From: Promethearchaeota archaeon
GTDB lineage: Archaea > Asgardarchaeota > Lokiarchaeia > Sigyniarchaeales > SOKP01
Assembly: GCA_048938895.1 (NCBI GenBank)
Contig: JBHLLU010000002.1
Span: 82,394-146,393, forward strand
DNA length: 64,000 nucleotides
Direction: 5' to 3'
Positions 51,098-62,700 of the stretch are shown here, one piece after another. A program made the translations under genes and the position numbers. The notes under the pieces are model-generated. The model saw only the letters and a list, made by a program, of their open reading frames with translations. It was not told the DNA's origin and did no database searches. Within the stretch, counting starts at the first letter, position 1; each line of letters opens with the position of its first letter.

Positions 51098-51871
51098 ATG
51101 CCACGTAAAAGTAGATCAGCACCAGATAGAGAGACAGATCCACTTGATGTTTATAGTATATGGGATATTCGTTTTGCAAAATTTATTTATTACGGATTCA
51201 TCCTTGGTACAGTAATAGTTGTACTTGGCGTATGGGGAGTAATTCTCGAAATCTTATTTCGAGGAGGCGCATGGGATACCTGGCTACGTCTAGATCTTGG
51301 ATTTCAAGTTGCAATAATAGCTGGAGCTATAACTGGCCATCTCTTCCTACTCGTTCTCTTTTATACACTATTTCGTGGAGGGATGGTTCGATTTTGTCAG
51401 ATATTATTCAAAGATCGCTTATTAGCTAGTAAATGGCAAGATTATTATGGACTACGTATGTTAATTGGTATTGCATTGCTAGGACTTTATATAACTGTTA
51501 TAAGTGTTATTATAGGGCTTCTTCCAGCTACCTTCGCAGATTTAGTAAAAGATATCTGGGATTGGATGGTAGACCATTTTAAACTTGGTTATTGGATAAT
51601 GTGGGTAGGAGGTCTTGTGTTTCTAATAATGGCACTCATTTTTATTGGTCTCATGATCTGGAATAGAGGAGTATTTTGGGTACTAAGCCATGTGAAAGAA
51701 ATTGAAGAAGAAATTCAAATTGAAGAACAGATCAAGAAGGATGCTATAAAAAATGCTGATGAGCGAACTCTCAGAGATATTTACAAGAAAGAGATGGGAC
51801 AGAAGGCAATTCATCGAGGACGAGAAACAAAGGGATACATAGAATGGAAAGAAAAATTAGGGATAAAGTGA
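51098..51871 (+). CDS. 4-TM membrane protein with a C-terminal Y..E.G.KAI..G..TKGY..W motif
   Basis: Hydrophobic segments plus a soluble tail sharing a motif with the N-terminus of 8278..9174. Confidence 0.72.
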   Translation: MPRKSRSAPDRETDPLDVYSIWDIRFAKFIYYGFILGTVIVVLGVWGVILEILFRGGAWDTWLRLDLGFQVAIIAGAITGHLFLLVLFYTLFRGGMVRFCQILFKDRLLASKWQDYYGLRMLIGIALLGLYITVISVIIGLLPATFADLVKDIWDWMVDHFKLGYWIMWVGGLVFLIMALIFIGLMIWNRGVFWVLSHVKEIEEEIQIEEQIKKDAIKNADERTLRDIYKKEMGQKAIHRGRETKGYIEWKEKLGIK

Positions 51872-52021
51872 TATAAAGTACCGTTTATTTGCAAGTATTA
51901 TTTTTTTTTCTTTTTTTCAAATTCTAGTAGTGCAGAATATTGATTTCTCAAATCAAGTTAAATCAGATCAAATAAATAGGAAAAAAAAGAATAGGAGATT
52001 CATTTATAGATTATTTATAAA

Positions 52022-52972
52022 TTAACGTCTCATCATACGAGGATTCCGGAATAATGTTAGTTCCGATCGAGGTGGTTTATAATCTGAAGTTGCTGTCTTT
52101 CTCATTTGTCTATAGAACTTTTTAATTAATTTTTCTGCTTCCTTCATAAAATTACACATACATCCAAACAAGATGAGATAGATCACAAAGGTTTTATCTT
52201 TCGCATAGTTCTCATCATAAATTTCGATTTCAAAATTTTTCTGAATGACTTGTCCATCTACACGTGCAACTTTTACATCACCGATGAATATATTGTAGTT
52301 TCTTCCAGGACCTACTACCCCTTTTGCCATCACTACTTGAAATTTATCATCTTTCTCTTCTGGAAGCAATGGCCATGTCCATCGCGTTCCTACTAATCTC
52401 CATCCTCTTACCACTCGAGCTAAATTGATAGTTCTTGGTATCTGCATAAAAAATACAGGTGCCGGATGTCTGATTTCATAACTTTGGATTAAAGAATGAG
52501 TAACACTAAGTTCAAGCCCACCTTTATAATTTCCCCCCTTCGCTTGACTGGAGTCAGTTAATTTCTCTTCCATTATTGTAAATATTCTGCAATTTAGTCT
52601 TTTATCTAAATCTGGTTCTTCTTCCCAAGAATCTTTGCTATAAGCTATAATATATTTTTTTTCATTTTCTTCTTCTACTACTCCTTCAATATCAAAATTC
52701 TTGGAAAACCACCTAGTTTTTGCTTGATATTTGAGCTGTTGATGCACCCCAAGTTCCTCATCGTGGAGTCTTGTTCGCCAAAAATTAACTTTGATCTTTT
52801 TATATACTTGTCTTTTTGGTTTTGGTGCCTTTGGTGCCCCCGGCTCTTTTTTAGTTGCAGGTGTTGCTTTAGCTTTCTTCTTATCTGGTTTAGCCCTTGC
52901 TTTTTCTCGTGGTTTTTTTGTAGCTTTTTCTGCCATCGCTTCTAACTCTTCTACTGGATCTTCTTCTGACAT
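52022..52972 (-). CDS. Hypothetical protein: Lys/Ala/Pro-rich N-terminus, possible Tubby-C/LURP-one (scramblase-like) barrel
   Basis: Beta-rich body ending in VARVDGQVIQKNFEIEI...TFVIYLILFG (buried C-terminal helix); by eye. Confidence 0.5.
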   Translation of the reverse strand: MSEEDPVEELEAMAEKATKKPREKARAKPDKKKAKATPATKKEPGAPKAPKPKRQVYKKIKVNFWRTRLHDEELGVHQQLKYQAKTRWFSKNFDIEGVVEEENEKKYIIAYSKDSWEEEPDLDKRLNCRIFTIMEEKLTDSSQAKGGNYKGGLELSVTHSLIQSYEIRHPAPVFFMQIPRTINLARVVRGWRLVGTRWTWPLLPEEKDDKFQVVMAKGVVGPGRNYNIFIGDVKVARVDGQVIQKNFEIEIYDENYAKDKTFVIYLILFGCMCNFMKEAEKLIKKFYRQMRKTATSDYKPPRSELTLFRNPRMMRR

Positions 52973-53226
52973 TCAATTTCACATTTAAAATGTATTTTAT
53001 TATTAGTATTGTGTTAAATTTATTTTCATTAAGATACCTTATAATTTTTACCTTAAATTCTTATTAATTAACTGGTTTGGTATGAGGATTTTCGATTGTT
53101 TCAAAAATATTTTTGAACAAATGTTTTTGAACTTTTTAAAAAACCTTAACTATTGGACTCTAAAAGACATTAATTCAGTATTTCTCTATCTCTAATTAGA
53201 TAAAAAGTATTAAAAAGTGTCGTAAA

Positions 53227-53505
53227 ATGAGTAAAGCAGTAAATTGGAAATATAATGATTTTATGCAATCCAGAAAGGAGAAGTTAACTAATATGCTTCT
53301 TAGTGAAATTATATTTTTGAAATCTAATCTTAAGAAAAATCAAAATTCAGCTGAAATAACTCAACTTAAATATGGATTGGATAAATTAGAATATCTTTTA
53401 AACAAACTGAAAATTTATGGTTCTGATATTCCAGAAGAAGATTTTGATAAAATTTTGATGTTAATTTATCAAATCTTTAAAGAGATCGCAACAAGTATGG
53501 AATAA
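53227..53505 (+). CDS. Small helical hypothetical protein
   Basis: 92-aa ORF with ATG start filling an intergenic gap. Confidence 0.55.
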   Translation: MSKAVNWKYNDFMQSRKEKLTNMLLSEIIFLKSNLKKNQNSAEITQLKYGLDKLEYLLNKLKIYGSDIPEEDFDKILMLIYQIFKEIATSME

Positions 53506-53614
53506 AATTTGCTACTTAAGTTTAGGTTTCTATTTCCTAATTTTTTCAATTTTTTTGATTGATTTATATCAGTCAAACTCTGATTTATCTATTTACTTAT
53601 AAATTTGGTTTCAA

Positions 53615-54670
53615 TCAATTAATGTTTTCTATTTTCTTCTTTATATCTCTAATCAACATGCTTCCCATCCCAAAATTTACTTTTTCTGAAAAGATTAATA
53701 TCAAGATAAGTTCTTTATTTTGAACTTCTATATTCTCGGAACATATTTTTTGGCGGTTTTTCAATTCCAAGAATATTTTATCGATATCTGGTAATTGTTT
53801 CTCCCTTCTAACTTCAAATTCTTTAATAATATCAAACAAAGAATTAGGCGGAACTGAAGCATATATAACTTTTCCTTTATTAGTAAAAATAGCAGTTCCT
53901 AATATTTCCCTATCATCCACATTGCTCCTTAATATAGTGACTATGTCCTGAATGAATGGTGAATGTGCAAATTGAGTAATGTTTTCTGGATCCTCCGCCA
54001 TATTGCTTTCATGATATTCTAAATGAGAAAATTCAAAATCCAGTACTTGATAACGTTGCACAATAAGAGACTTATCAAAAAATACTTGAAATTTATGTTC
54101 ACAGACCATTCCATTGGGAATAGTAATTGTTGCTATTTGAGAGCTCTGATTAAAGAATTTTATTGGTAAAGACAACCTTCTTGAAGTTTCACAAATTGGA
54201 CATTTTAGGGGCAGGTCTCTATATTCTTCTATTTCAGAGGTTTCTGCCTCTTCAATTGTCTCTTGTCTATCAAAAGAAGGTTCTGATTCAGAATCTGGAT
54301 TCTTATCTACAACTTTAATCAAAGATATATCATGAAATTGATCTTTTTTAACTTTTTCCATTTCTCTTTTGAGTTTAACATTTTCTAATTTTGAAAGACT
54401 TAACCTATTTTTCAACTCTCGATTTACATTTTCCAAATCATTTAGACGGATCTTCAATAATGAAGGATCCTCTTCATTCGATTCTTTTAAAAATGAATCC
54501 TCCAATTCCATGATCAACTCTTCAAGGTTGTCGATCTTATCAATGTATTCTTGTATTTCACTATCCTTTGAAACTAGTTTTGCTTCTAACTCTTTGACCT
54601 TGGTTTCAATATTATCTTCAGACATAATTACTAGACACTTTAAATTGTAGTTTTTATTATCTATTTTCAT
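53615..54670 (-). CDS. Coiled-coil + Zn-binding + roadblock/longin-like domain protein
   Basis: Heptad-rich N-terminus, CPIC...CEH, C-terminal EILGTAIFTNKGKVIYASVP...LILILIF..NFGMG. Confidence 0.7.
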   Translation of the reverse strand: MKIDNKNYNLKCLVIMSEDNIETKVKELEAKLVSKDSEIQEYIDKIDNLEELIMELEDSFLKESNEEDPSLLKIRLNDLENVNRELKNRLSLSKLENVKLKREMEKVKKDQFHDISLIKVVDKNPDSESEPSFDRQETIEEAETSEIEEYRDLPLKCPICETSRRLSLPIKFFNQSSQIATITIPNGMVCEHKFQVFFDKSLIVQRYQVLDFEFSHLEYHESNMAEDPENITQFAHSPFIQDIVTILRSNVDDREILGTAIFTNKGKVIYASVPPNSLFDIIKEFEVRREKQLPDIDKIFLELKNRQKICSENIEVQNKELILILIFSEKVNFGMGSMLIRDIKKKIENIN

Positions 54671-54686
54671 ATTTTATTCTTTAAAA

Positions 54687-55559
54687 TCATAACAATGGGG
54701 AAATATAGACATTTCCCTTAATTAAATTCAAGACTATCTTATTAAAATCTTCTTGATAGTTATTTGATTCTTTTAGGCTTTGGAGTAATGATTTATCTTT
54801 AACAGAATGTGTTTCTGAAAATTTTGATTTAGTAGGAAGTATTTTGACAACAGAGGGAAGGAATAATAACGCAAAAATTTCTAATGAATAGTAGTAGAAC
54901 CTTTCTAGATAAGATTTTATAGTCTTAATTAGCATATTGATTGTTTCTTGCGGTTCTTCACTTTTCAAAACTAAAAATGTTTTATTAACTTCTCCCAAGT
55001 CTAATTCTTGACAGAAGTAGGGAATAATACTTTGCTTACTTAAAAATTTTTGATAAAGTTTATTCATTTCGGGAATAGAAATAGTTGATTTACCAATTTT
55101 CAGATTATTATATTTATATTCACTATTACCAATAACTAAATATATTTCTGGAACGTTTTCAATCTCTATCTTGTGAAAAAGATCGTTTAGCTTAATATAA
55201 TTGAGTAACTCGCTTGAGAATATACTTTTTATTATTTGATCATTCGGATTATCTATAACTTTATTTAGGTTTCGTTGTAAAAATAAGTCGATATTGTCAT
55301 AATCCTCATTTTCTTCAAAAATAATGCCTAGAATACCTTCTTTTTGAGTCTTGCGAGAGAGATGACCTGTGAAGCAAGAAACACTGCGATAGTTTTCAAA
55401 TTTTATTTCAATATGGGAAGAGGAATCAAATCCGGCATGAGACATGTATAATTTTGAAATAAATTCCTTTTGTAAATTTACTTGATTTTCGTAATAAGAA
55501 CATCTGATCTCTGGTCCCTTTATATCATCATGTATCAATAAAAACATTCCTTCTGGCAT
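54687..55559 (-). CDS. Longin/uDENN-like domain protein
   Basis: N-terminal MFLLIHDDIKGPEI (cf. F-D-x-x-x-GP of uDENN/longin domains). Confidence 0.55.
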   Translation of the reverse strand: MPEGMFLLIHDDIKGPEIRCSYYENQVNLQKEFISKLYMSHAGFDSSSHIEIKFENYRSVSCFTGHLSRKTQKEGILGIIFEENEDYDNIDLFLQRNLNKVIDNPNDQIIKSIFSSELLNYIKLNDLFHKIEIENVPEIYLVIGNSEYKYNNLKIGKSTISIPEMNKLYQKFLSKQSIIPYFCQELDLGEVNKTFLVLKSEEPQETINMLIKTIKSYLERFYYYSLEIFALLFLPSVVKILPTKSKFSETHSVKDKSLLQSLKESNNYQEDFNKIVLNLIKGNVYISPLL

Positions 55560-55571
55560 TTCTACAACCTT

Positions 55572-56771
55572 TTATTCGCTCCATAATTCACTAATTTGTA
55601 CTGAGACCTCTTTTCCCAGTTGTTCGACTTCTTTTAAAGTATCACTGTCAAAGCCATTAGAGTCCAAAATAATTACAAGCATTAAATCTTTGGTTATTTC
55701 TGTTAGTAATAAATAATTTGAATTAGATTTCAATCGAAATTCTTCAAAGCTTTTTAAATTCATCCTTTTTACAACTCTATCACAGGTTACAATTAATAAT
55801 GAAATCATCCCAATAATAATCTCCTCCTCAGAACCATTTATTGTTGATCCACAAGCAAGACCACTTGTTTTTTCGATTAACAACGCATCTTTAACTCCCT
55901 TTTGACCCTTCAATAGCTTTAAAATTGACCTAATGAAGGTGGTTTTTGGCGATATTTCACGAATTATTCCGCTCCATACTGTAAATAAAGATTCATCAAA
56001 TATTGAAGTCCAATGGAATGCTACTTCCGAATTCAAATTTTCAGAAAATAACTCTTTAAGGTATGGATAGATTGCATTTTTATCATGAATGAGATCTGCC
56101 TTATGAAGAAAAACATGTATTTTAGCTTGAGGATTACATAAAAGTAATTGATTTATACTCCATTCAAATTCAATCTTAGATTTTTCAAACCGGTCAGCAT
56201 CGGATGCATCAACAACGTACAGAAGAACAGAAGCCTTTTGAAAAATATTTTTTCTTAAGGGTCCGTGATATTCGTCTATATATTTTTGTTGACCCCCCAA
56301 ATCCCAAATCATTGGTTTTGTCATTGGCCCTACTTTGTACTCTCTATAATCTATTCCTTTTGTTGCTGTCGAATGCAGTAATTCCCAAGGTTTTTTTCCC
56401 TCAAATACACGCTCATAAATACAGGTTTTTCCGGCATTAGAAAGGCCCATTAAAACGATTTTTTGGATTTCTTCTGAGGGTTTTTTTTGAATTTCACCTA
56501 GTATTTCAGATACTGTACCCTCAATAAAGGTAATATCTTCAGCAGGTATTAATTCAGCTAATTCTTCTTTTACAAACCAAGCTAAACGATTGCTTGGGAA
56601 TCTCAAATTTTTGCTTTCGAAAAATTTTTGAAGAGTATTTAGGATTTGTTTTTCAACTAAACCCGTTTTTTCTAAAACTAGTTTATTTCTATACCATATA
56701 TCAATATTTAGTCTTCCATCTCTAGCAGCGGTAATACCTAAATGATATAAGGTTCCGGGAATTTTTTTCAA
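55572..56771 (-). CDS. Rag/Gtr1-like small GTPase with C-terminal roadblock domain
   Basis: KIVLMGLSNAGKT, AT, WDLGGQ, IF....VLLYVVD, HKADL, TSIFDESLFTVWS, then VKDALLIEKTSGL roadblock. Confidence 0.88.
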   Translation of the reverse strand: MKKIPGTLYHLGITAARDGRLNIDIWYRNKLVLEKTGLVEKQILNTLQKFFESKNLRFPSNRLAWFVKEELAELIPAEDITFIEGTVSEILGEIQKKPSEEIQKIVLMGLSNAGKTCIYERVFEGKKPWELLHSTATKGIDYREYKVGPMTKPMIWDLGGQQKYIDEYHGPLRKNIFQKASVLLYVVDASDADRFEKSKIEFEWSINQLLLCNPQAKIHVFLHKADLIHDKNAIYPYLKELFSENLNSEVAFHWTSIFDESLFTVWSGIIREISPKTTFIRSILKLLKGQKGVKDALLIEKTSGLACGSTINGSEEEIIIGMISLLIVTCDRVVKRMNLKSFEEFRLKSNSNYLLLTEITKDLMLVIILDSNGFDSDTLKEVEQLGKEVSVQISELWSE

Positions 56772-59700
56772 TTTTTTTCACCTCTAAATATTTTAATATT
56801 TTTTCTGTTTAAACATTCTTTTTTCTTGTTTCTGTATTCTTCAATAAGTAAAACCTCATCTTCTCTGCCTAATTGCACCAATAATTCTGAAATTTGTATA
56901 CACTTTTCATAGCGTTCCGCAGCCTTCTCGAAAAAAGTTTTATTGAATAATATATCCGCTTTTTTTTCTAAATCAAATTTATATCTTTCTAACTCAGAAA
57001 TATTTACTTGATTATTTTGAAAATATAATACTAATTCAGATTGAGAGAAACTCGCAGTATCTGGATCTCGTAATTTTTTTGAGATCTCAATAATTTCTTG
57101 ATATATATCGAAAATTTGCTTGGAATTTCCCTCAAGCTTTATTTGTTCTAAAATAACTAATCGTCTTTCACGTTCTGTTATTAATTTTTCAATTCCTGAT
57201 ATCAATTCTGTAAATAATTGAGCTTCCTCTTGTCTACTTAGACTTTTAAGAAAATTCATCCCTAGTTTATACTGTTTTTGAGCTTCTAAATAAGCTCCTT
57301 CAGCAAAGAGTTGCTCTCCCAAATTTTTAATTTCTGTTATTTTCATTTCTACTTCTTCCTGGTCTATTAAATTATCCGTTCTTTCGTTTGACGAACTTAT
57401 ATATTCGTCCGTTGGCAGTTGTACATTTGAAAGCTTAATAATATGAGCATAAATTTCTTTAAAGGGGATCTTTTTAAGTCGGGGAAACATTTCCTTTTTG
57501 GTTCGTTTTCTTACAATGGTCGCAGTGGTAATCAAACCAGCTACACTTGCTATTACTATTCCAATGATAATATAAATAAAAAAATTAGCCGAACCATTAT
57601 TAATTGTAATCACATTAAATGTACCCATTGTATAAGCACTTTGATGTCCTACTCCATCAACTTGAGATAAGAAAAAGTAGTATGTTCCATCAGCAAGTTC
57701 TTTTGATAATTCAAAAAAGCTACTATTTTGACCAATATTTGGAATAATAATTTCGAATATATATCCAGGGGTATTATGAGGATCAGTCTCATTATCTATT
57801 ATTAAAACATAATGTGAGATACCTGAGGGATCAGAACCCTCCAACCAATCAAATATAAGGATACCACTTACATCTCCGCTAGGACTATTGGTCATTGTTG
57901 GAGCTAAAGGAGCAATTGTGTCTTGAACAGTAATATTAGCTATAAAAAGATTCCAATTGCCACTTAAATCTTCCATATGAATTCTATATTGATATAAGGT
58001 CCAATTCTCTGGAATCCATAAATCATATTGCCATGTGTTGCCATAAATATTCATCATAGAATGATTTGTTCCTTCAAATTCTATTAAAGTTTGATTAATA
58101 CCTGCAATATCATAGACATCTATCCTTATAATCTGATTATCTCCTAACTCCAATGGATCTGCATTTTCAAATACGTTGGCATAGAGGGGGATGGTGATAT
58201 CTTGAAACAAAATTGAACTACTCACTGAATTTATATTGTCATTATCGTCTATCATATAAATCTTATAAGTATAATTACCAACTTTAGTTGGAGTCCAAGA
58301 ATTATACTGCCAAATATTGCCACCAATACTTGTCATAGTATTGTTGGTGTTTTCACATTCTATTAAAACTTCCTTGATACCAGCTAAATCAGTGCAATTT
58401 ATCGATATAATTAATGTATCCCCTAAATCAATAATTTTACCACTTTCTGTTAAATCTGAATATATAGGAAGAGTTGTGTCTTGAACTAAAATCGAGTCAC
58501 CTATACTCCCCCAGTTCTTATTATTATCTTCTGCCCAGATTTTATAGAAATAATTCCCCGTGGCGGATGGAATCCAGAAATCATAACGCCACATATTTCC
58601 TTCTATAAATGTCATCGTATGGTTGGAGCCTTCAAATTCAATTTTAACTTGATTAATCTCTGATAAATCTGTTGAATTTACTGAAATTATAGCGGGATTT
58701 CCTAATTCTAAGGGGTCTATATTTTTAACTAGGTTTGATAATATTGGTGGGGATGTGTCTACGATGTCAAAACTACTGGTAAAAGAATTCCAGTTATTAT
58801 CTGTGTCATTTGCGAAGATAGTATAATAAACAATCCCTACTTGTAATCGAGTACTATTATTATACTCGTAAGTAAATCCACCTATATTCGACATTGTGTA
58901 ATTTACACCTTCTATTTCAATTAAAACATCATCAACAATAGTTTCATTGTCAAATACATCAACTATTATAGAAATATTATTTCCTAATTCTAAAGGATCA
59001 ATCTTGGTATGGTTTTCGAATACAGGGGCAGTCGTCGAAAGAACTGTGATTGTACCACTTGTCACGTTCCAATTATTTTCTATGTCATTCATATAAATAA
59101 TATAAGAATGAACTCCTATGGAGGTAGGCTTCCATTTATTCCAACTCCATGTGTTTCCCCCTATCCAAACCATTGTATGATTTGAGGAATCATATTCCAA
59201 TAGAACTTGGTTTACTCCTGAACCCGGAGAGTCATAAACTTTAATAGTAATTGTTTCATTTTGGCCCAACTGTAGAGGATCCGCGCTTTCAATTAAATCT
59301 GAATATGTTGGAGAGATAGTATCAATCACTTCGATGATACCCATAGTAGAATTCCAGTTATTATAAATGTCTGCCATCCATATTGTATATGTATAATTAC
59401 CTACATTAGTAGGACTCCATGAATCATATTGCCATGTATCTCCACCAATATTGGTCATATTTTCTAGATCAGATCCTTCAAATTCAATTTGAACTTGATT
59501 AACACCTGAAGGATCGGACACATTTATTGTAATTACTTCAGTGTTCCCCAATTCTAATGGATCTGAACTTTCCATTAAATTAGAATAGGTAGGTGGTGTT
59601 TCATCTAATGATTGTTCCGAACCTATCGTTAAAAAAGATTGAGGATTATGCTGGTTATTATACTCAGTTTTAATCCAATCAGCTGAATAGATATCATCAG

Positions 59701-62700
59701 AAATGCGAACTTCATCAATAGATCCATCAAAAACTTCATTCAGCCAAGCTCTATTGAAACCAATATAAAAAGGATTTCCATTCGTTCCTATCGAACCAAT
59801 TCCAAAATCATGTTCAGCCATGAATACCCCATTTACAAAAATTTTACCTATTGAAGTTGAACTTTGATATGTAAAGACAAAATGTTGCCATACTCCAGTA
59901 GCAATAGAGACATCCGAATTCCATCTATGATCATCTGATTGGTTTGAAAGCTCAATATTATATTTCCCGAAAAAATCGATTGATATATAGAGATCATTTT
60001 CATCGAGATTACCCCATGACCCATCCATTTTACTTACGATAGTCATAAATTTATCATTATACTTTGGATTTATCCATGCTTCCACAGTAAGTTGATTGGA
60101 AATATCCAAAGATATATCATCTAAAACTTCAATTCTTTGCTCAACAGTATTATCAAATTTAATTGAATTATAGATCTGGCCGTTTTGACCGAGTTGAGGG
60201 TTGTTGATGTCCGTTCCATCATTTGAATATGATGTTGAATCAATTATAGCATTGGTTCCACCAGTTTGTTCATTTAAATGCCAGACACCTTTATAATTTG
60301 AATCCCAAACTCCCTCTGGATTTTCACGGGATTCCATTGTTAAATTTCCATAATACATTCGAATGATTATATCTGCTGAAGGGGAAAGTTGGGGTAAGCG
60401 AACCCACGCTATTAATTGAGCATGAGTAGAATTATAAGATCTATTAAAAAGCTCAATTTCATGTTTTAGCCAAAACAAACCAATAGAAAATGCAATATCA
60501 TCACCATCTATTTGAGCTTTATCATGCAGTTCTTCATCAAAAGTAGAAATTAAAACGGGAAAATTTCGAAGGTCTTCTGAACCACTTATTTTGGAATGGT
60601 TAATTATAATTTCCTTATAATATGTAAAGTATTGAGCATTAGATGGATGATCCCAGTCTGATACTGAGTTTTCAATACCAATTGAGTAAAAAGAATTTGG
60701 ATCGTATTGATTAATATATTCAGTTTTAATCCAATCAGCAGAATAAGTTTTATTAGAAATGCGAACTTCATCAATATTTCCATCAAACATATAAATACCA
60801 GCATCAGTGCCACCAATCTTGTCTATCCATAATTCTAATGCATCTGTTAGTACAACTTGTTGAACCCAAGAGCCATTTACATACAAATTTCCAATATCTC
60901 CATCGCGCACAAAGACGATATGATACCATTTATGCTCAGTTATTATAGATTGGTCAAAAATAAATTCTTCCATATTTTGAATAGTTGTGACCTTAATGAT
61001 TCCTCCACTGTTGAAATAGAGTCTACTAACCTGAAGTTCATAACATAATAAATTATGCTGGCTTACAACTGAATGGGGATATAACCACAATGAATAGGTT
61101 CCAGTCTTTTGATCAATAAGATTCTCCATCTGTAGGTAATCATTGTTCCCGTCGAAATCTAAGGAACCATCTATCTTTCCTGTCACTAAATCACCTAAGT
61201 TCATAGACCCATATGAGATGCAATCATTATTATTCGATGTTGAATCGTAAATAGTTCCTGTTGGATCTTCAGATAAATGCCAGACACTTTCATATTTTGA
61301 ATCCCATACTTCCTCTGGAGTCTCACCGGAATCCATGGTAAAATTTCCATAATACATTCGAATAATTGTATCTTGTAATACTGAAAGGCGATTTAACCGA
61401 ACCCATGCCACTAATTGAGCATGCGTAGAATTATAAGATTTCTCAAAATGCTCAATTTCGTATTTTAACCAAAATAAACCATCAGAAAAGGCAATATCAT
61501 CACCATCCATTTGAGCTTTATCATGTAGATCTTCATCAAAAGTAGAAATTAAAACGGGAAAATTTAGAAGGTCTTCTGAACCACTAACTTTTGTGTGGTC
61601 GATTACAATTTCTTTATAATATTCAAAGTAGTGACCATTAGGTGGATGATCCCAATCTGATAATTCAATACCAATTGAGTAAAAAGAATTTGGATAATAT
61701 TGATTAGAATATTCTGTATTAATCCACCCTTCAGTTCTGTATTTACCAGTCAATCTTAATTCATCCAATAAACCATCAAAACCATTATCTGTTGGATTCC
61801 ATGGTAAAACTAGATCATCATCACTAGAAATTGAACCTAATCCACTAATATCAATTCTATTATCAAAAGATCCATTATTTGTGTATAAATATGAAAAATC
61901 GGATAGACGATCAACTGTTCCCACAACATAATTCCATTCATCATAATCAACAATAGGATCACTTTCTACTGTATAGCTTGTCGGTGAACTTCCTAGTGTA
62001 AATCGCCATCGACTTGTGGGGGCCAAATCACTATTTATAATAAAACCAGGATCATTTGGTTTCGAAGTTCTACCTTTTGCCACAAGCCATTGAGAGTCGT
62101 CAACATCTTGATCAAGATTTACCCATAAACTTACTGTCATATTTCCTGTGCCAAAATCTAAATGATCATCAATTGGATCCCCATAATTAACCTGACTAGA
62201 TTCTCCATCAGTCCAATTAAAACAATGTCCTATTTGACCAGGTTCTTGATAAACCATATTAGTTGTCGAACCATTTACATTGTAGGTAGTTGAATCACTC
62301 GCGACTCCTGAACTTTCAGCAAAATGCCATACTCCAACATAATCCATCCATACTCCTGTAGGATTTTCTTGAGAACTTATATTAGGGTTCCCATAAAACA
62401 TGAATATATTAGTATCTTTTGAAGTGGATAAGCGAGGAATTCGGATCCAAGCTATAAGTTGAGCTTCATCAAGAGTATAATTAGGATTATATAATTCAAT
62501 CTCATGATCTAGCCAACCTTTATCGCTTGCAAAAGCTATATCGTCACCATCAGACTGTGCCTTGTCATCCAAGTCGGAATCGATGACAGAAAGCAAAAGG
62601 GGGAAATTCTTTAAATCAACTGATCCATTGACTTTTGTGTGATCAATCGTTATAATTTTATAGTAATTAAAAGGAACAATACTTGAGCGATTTGGGAGAT

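Noticed and set aside
838-61048. Many short ORFs in the track that overlap long genes (e.g. 2003..2407, 6392..6640, 13540..13842, 50657..51028, 54369..54650)
   Set aside because: Antisense or alternate-frame shadows of well-supported genes, with no recognisable motifs
57920-62670. Repeats as a CRISPR array or mobile element
   Set aside because: They are in-frame protein domain repeats within one ORF; there is no repeat-spacer pattern, cas gene or transposase
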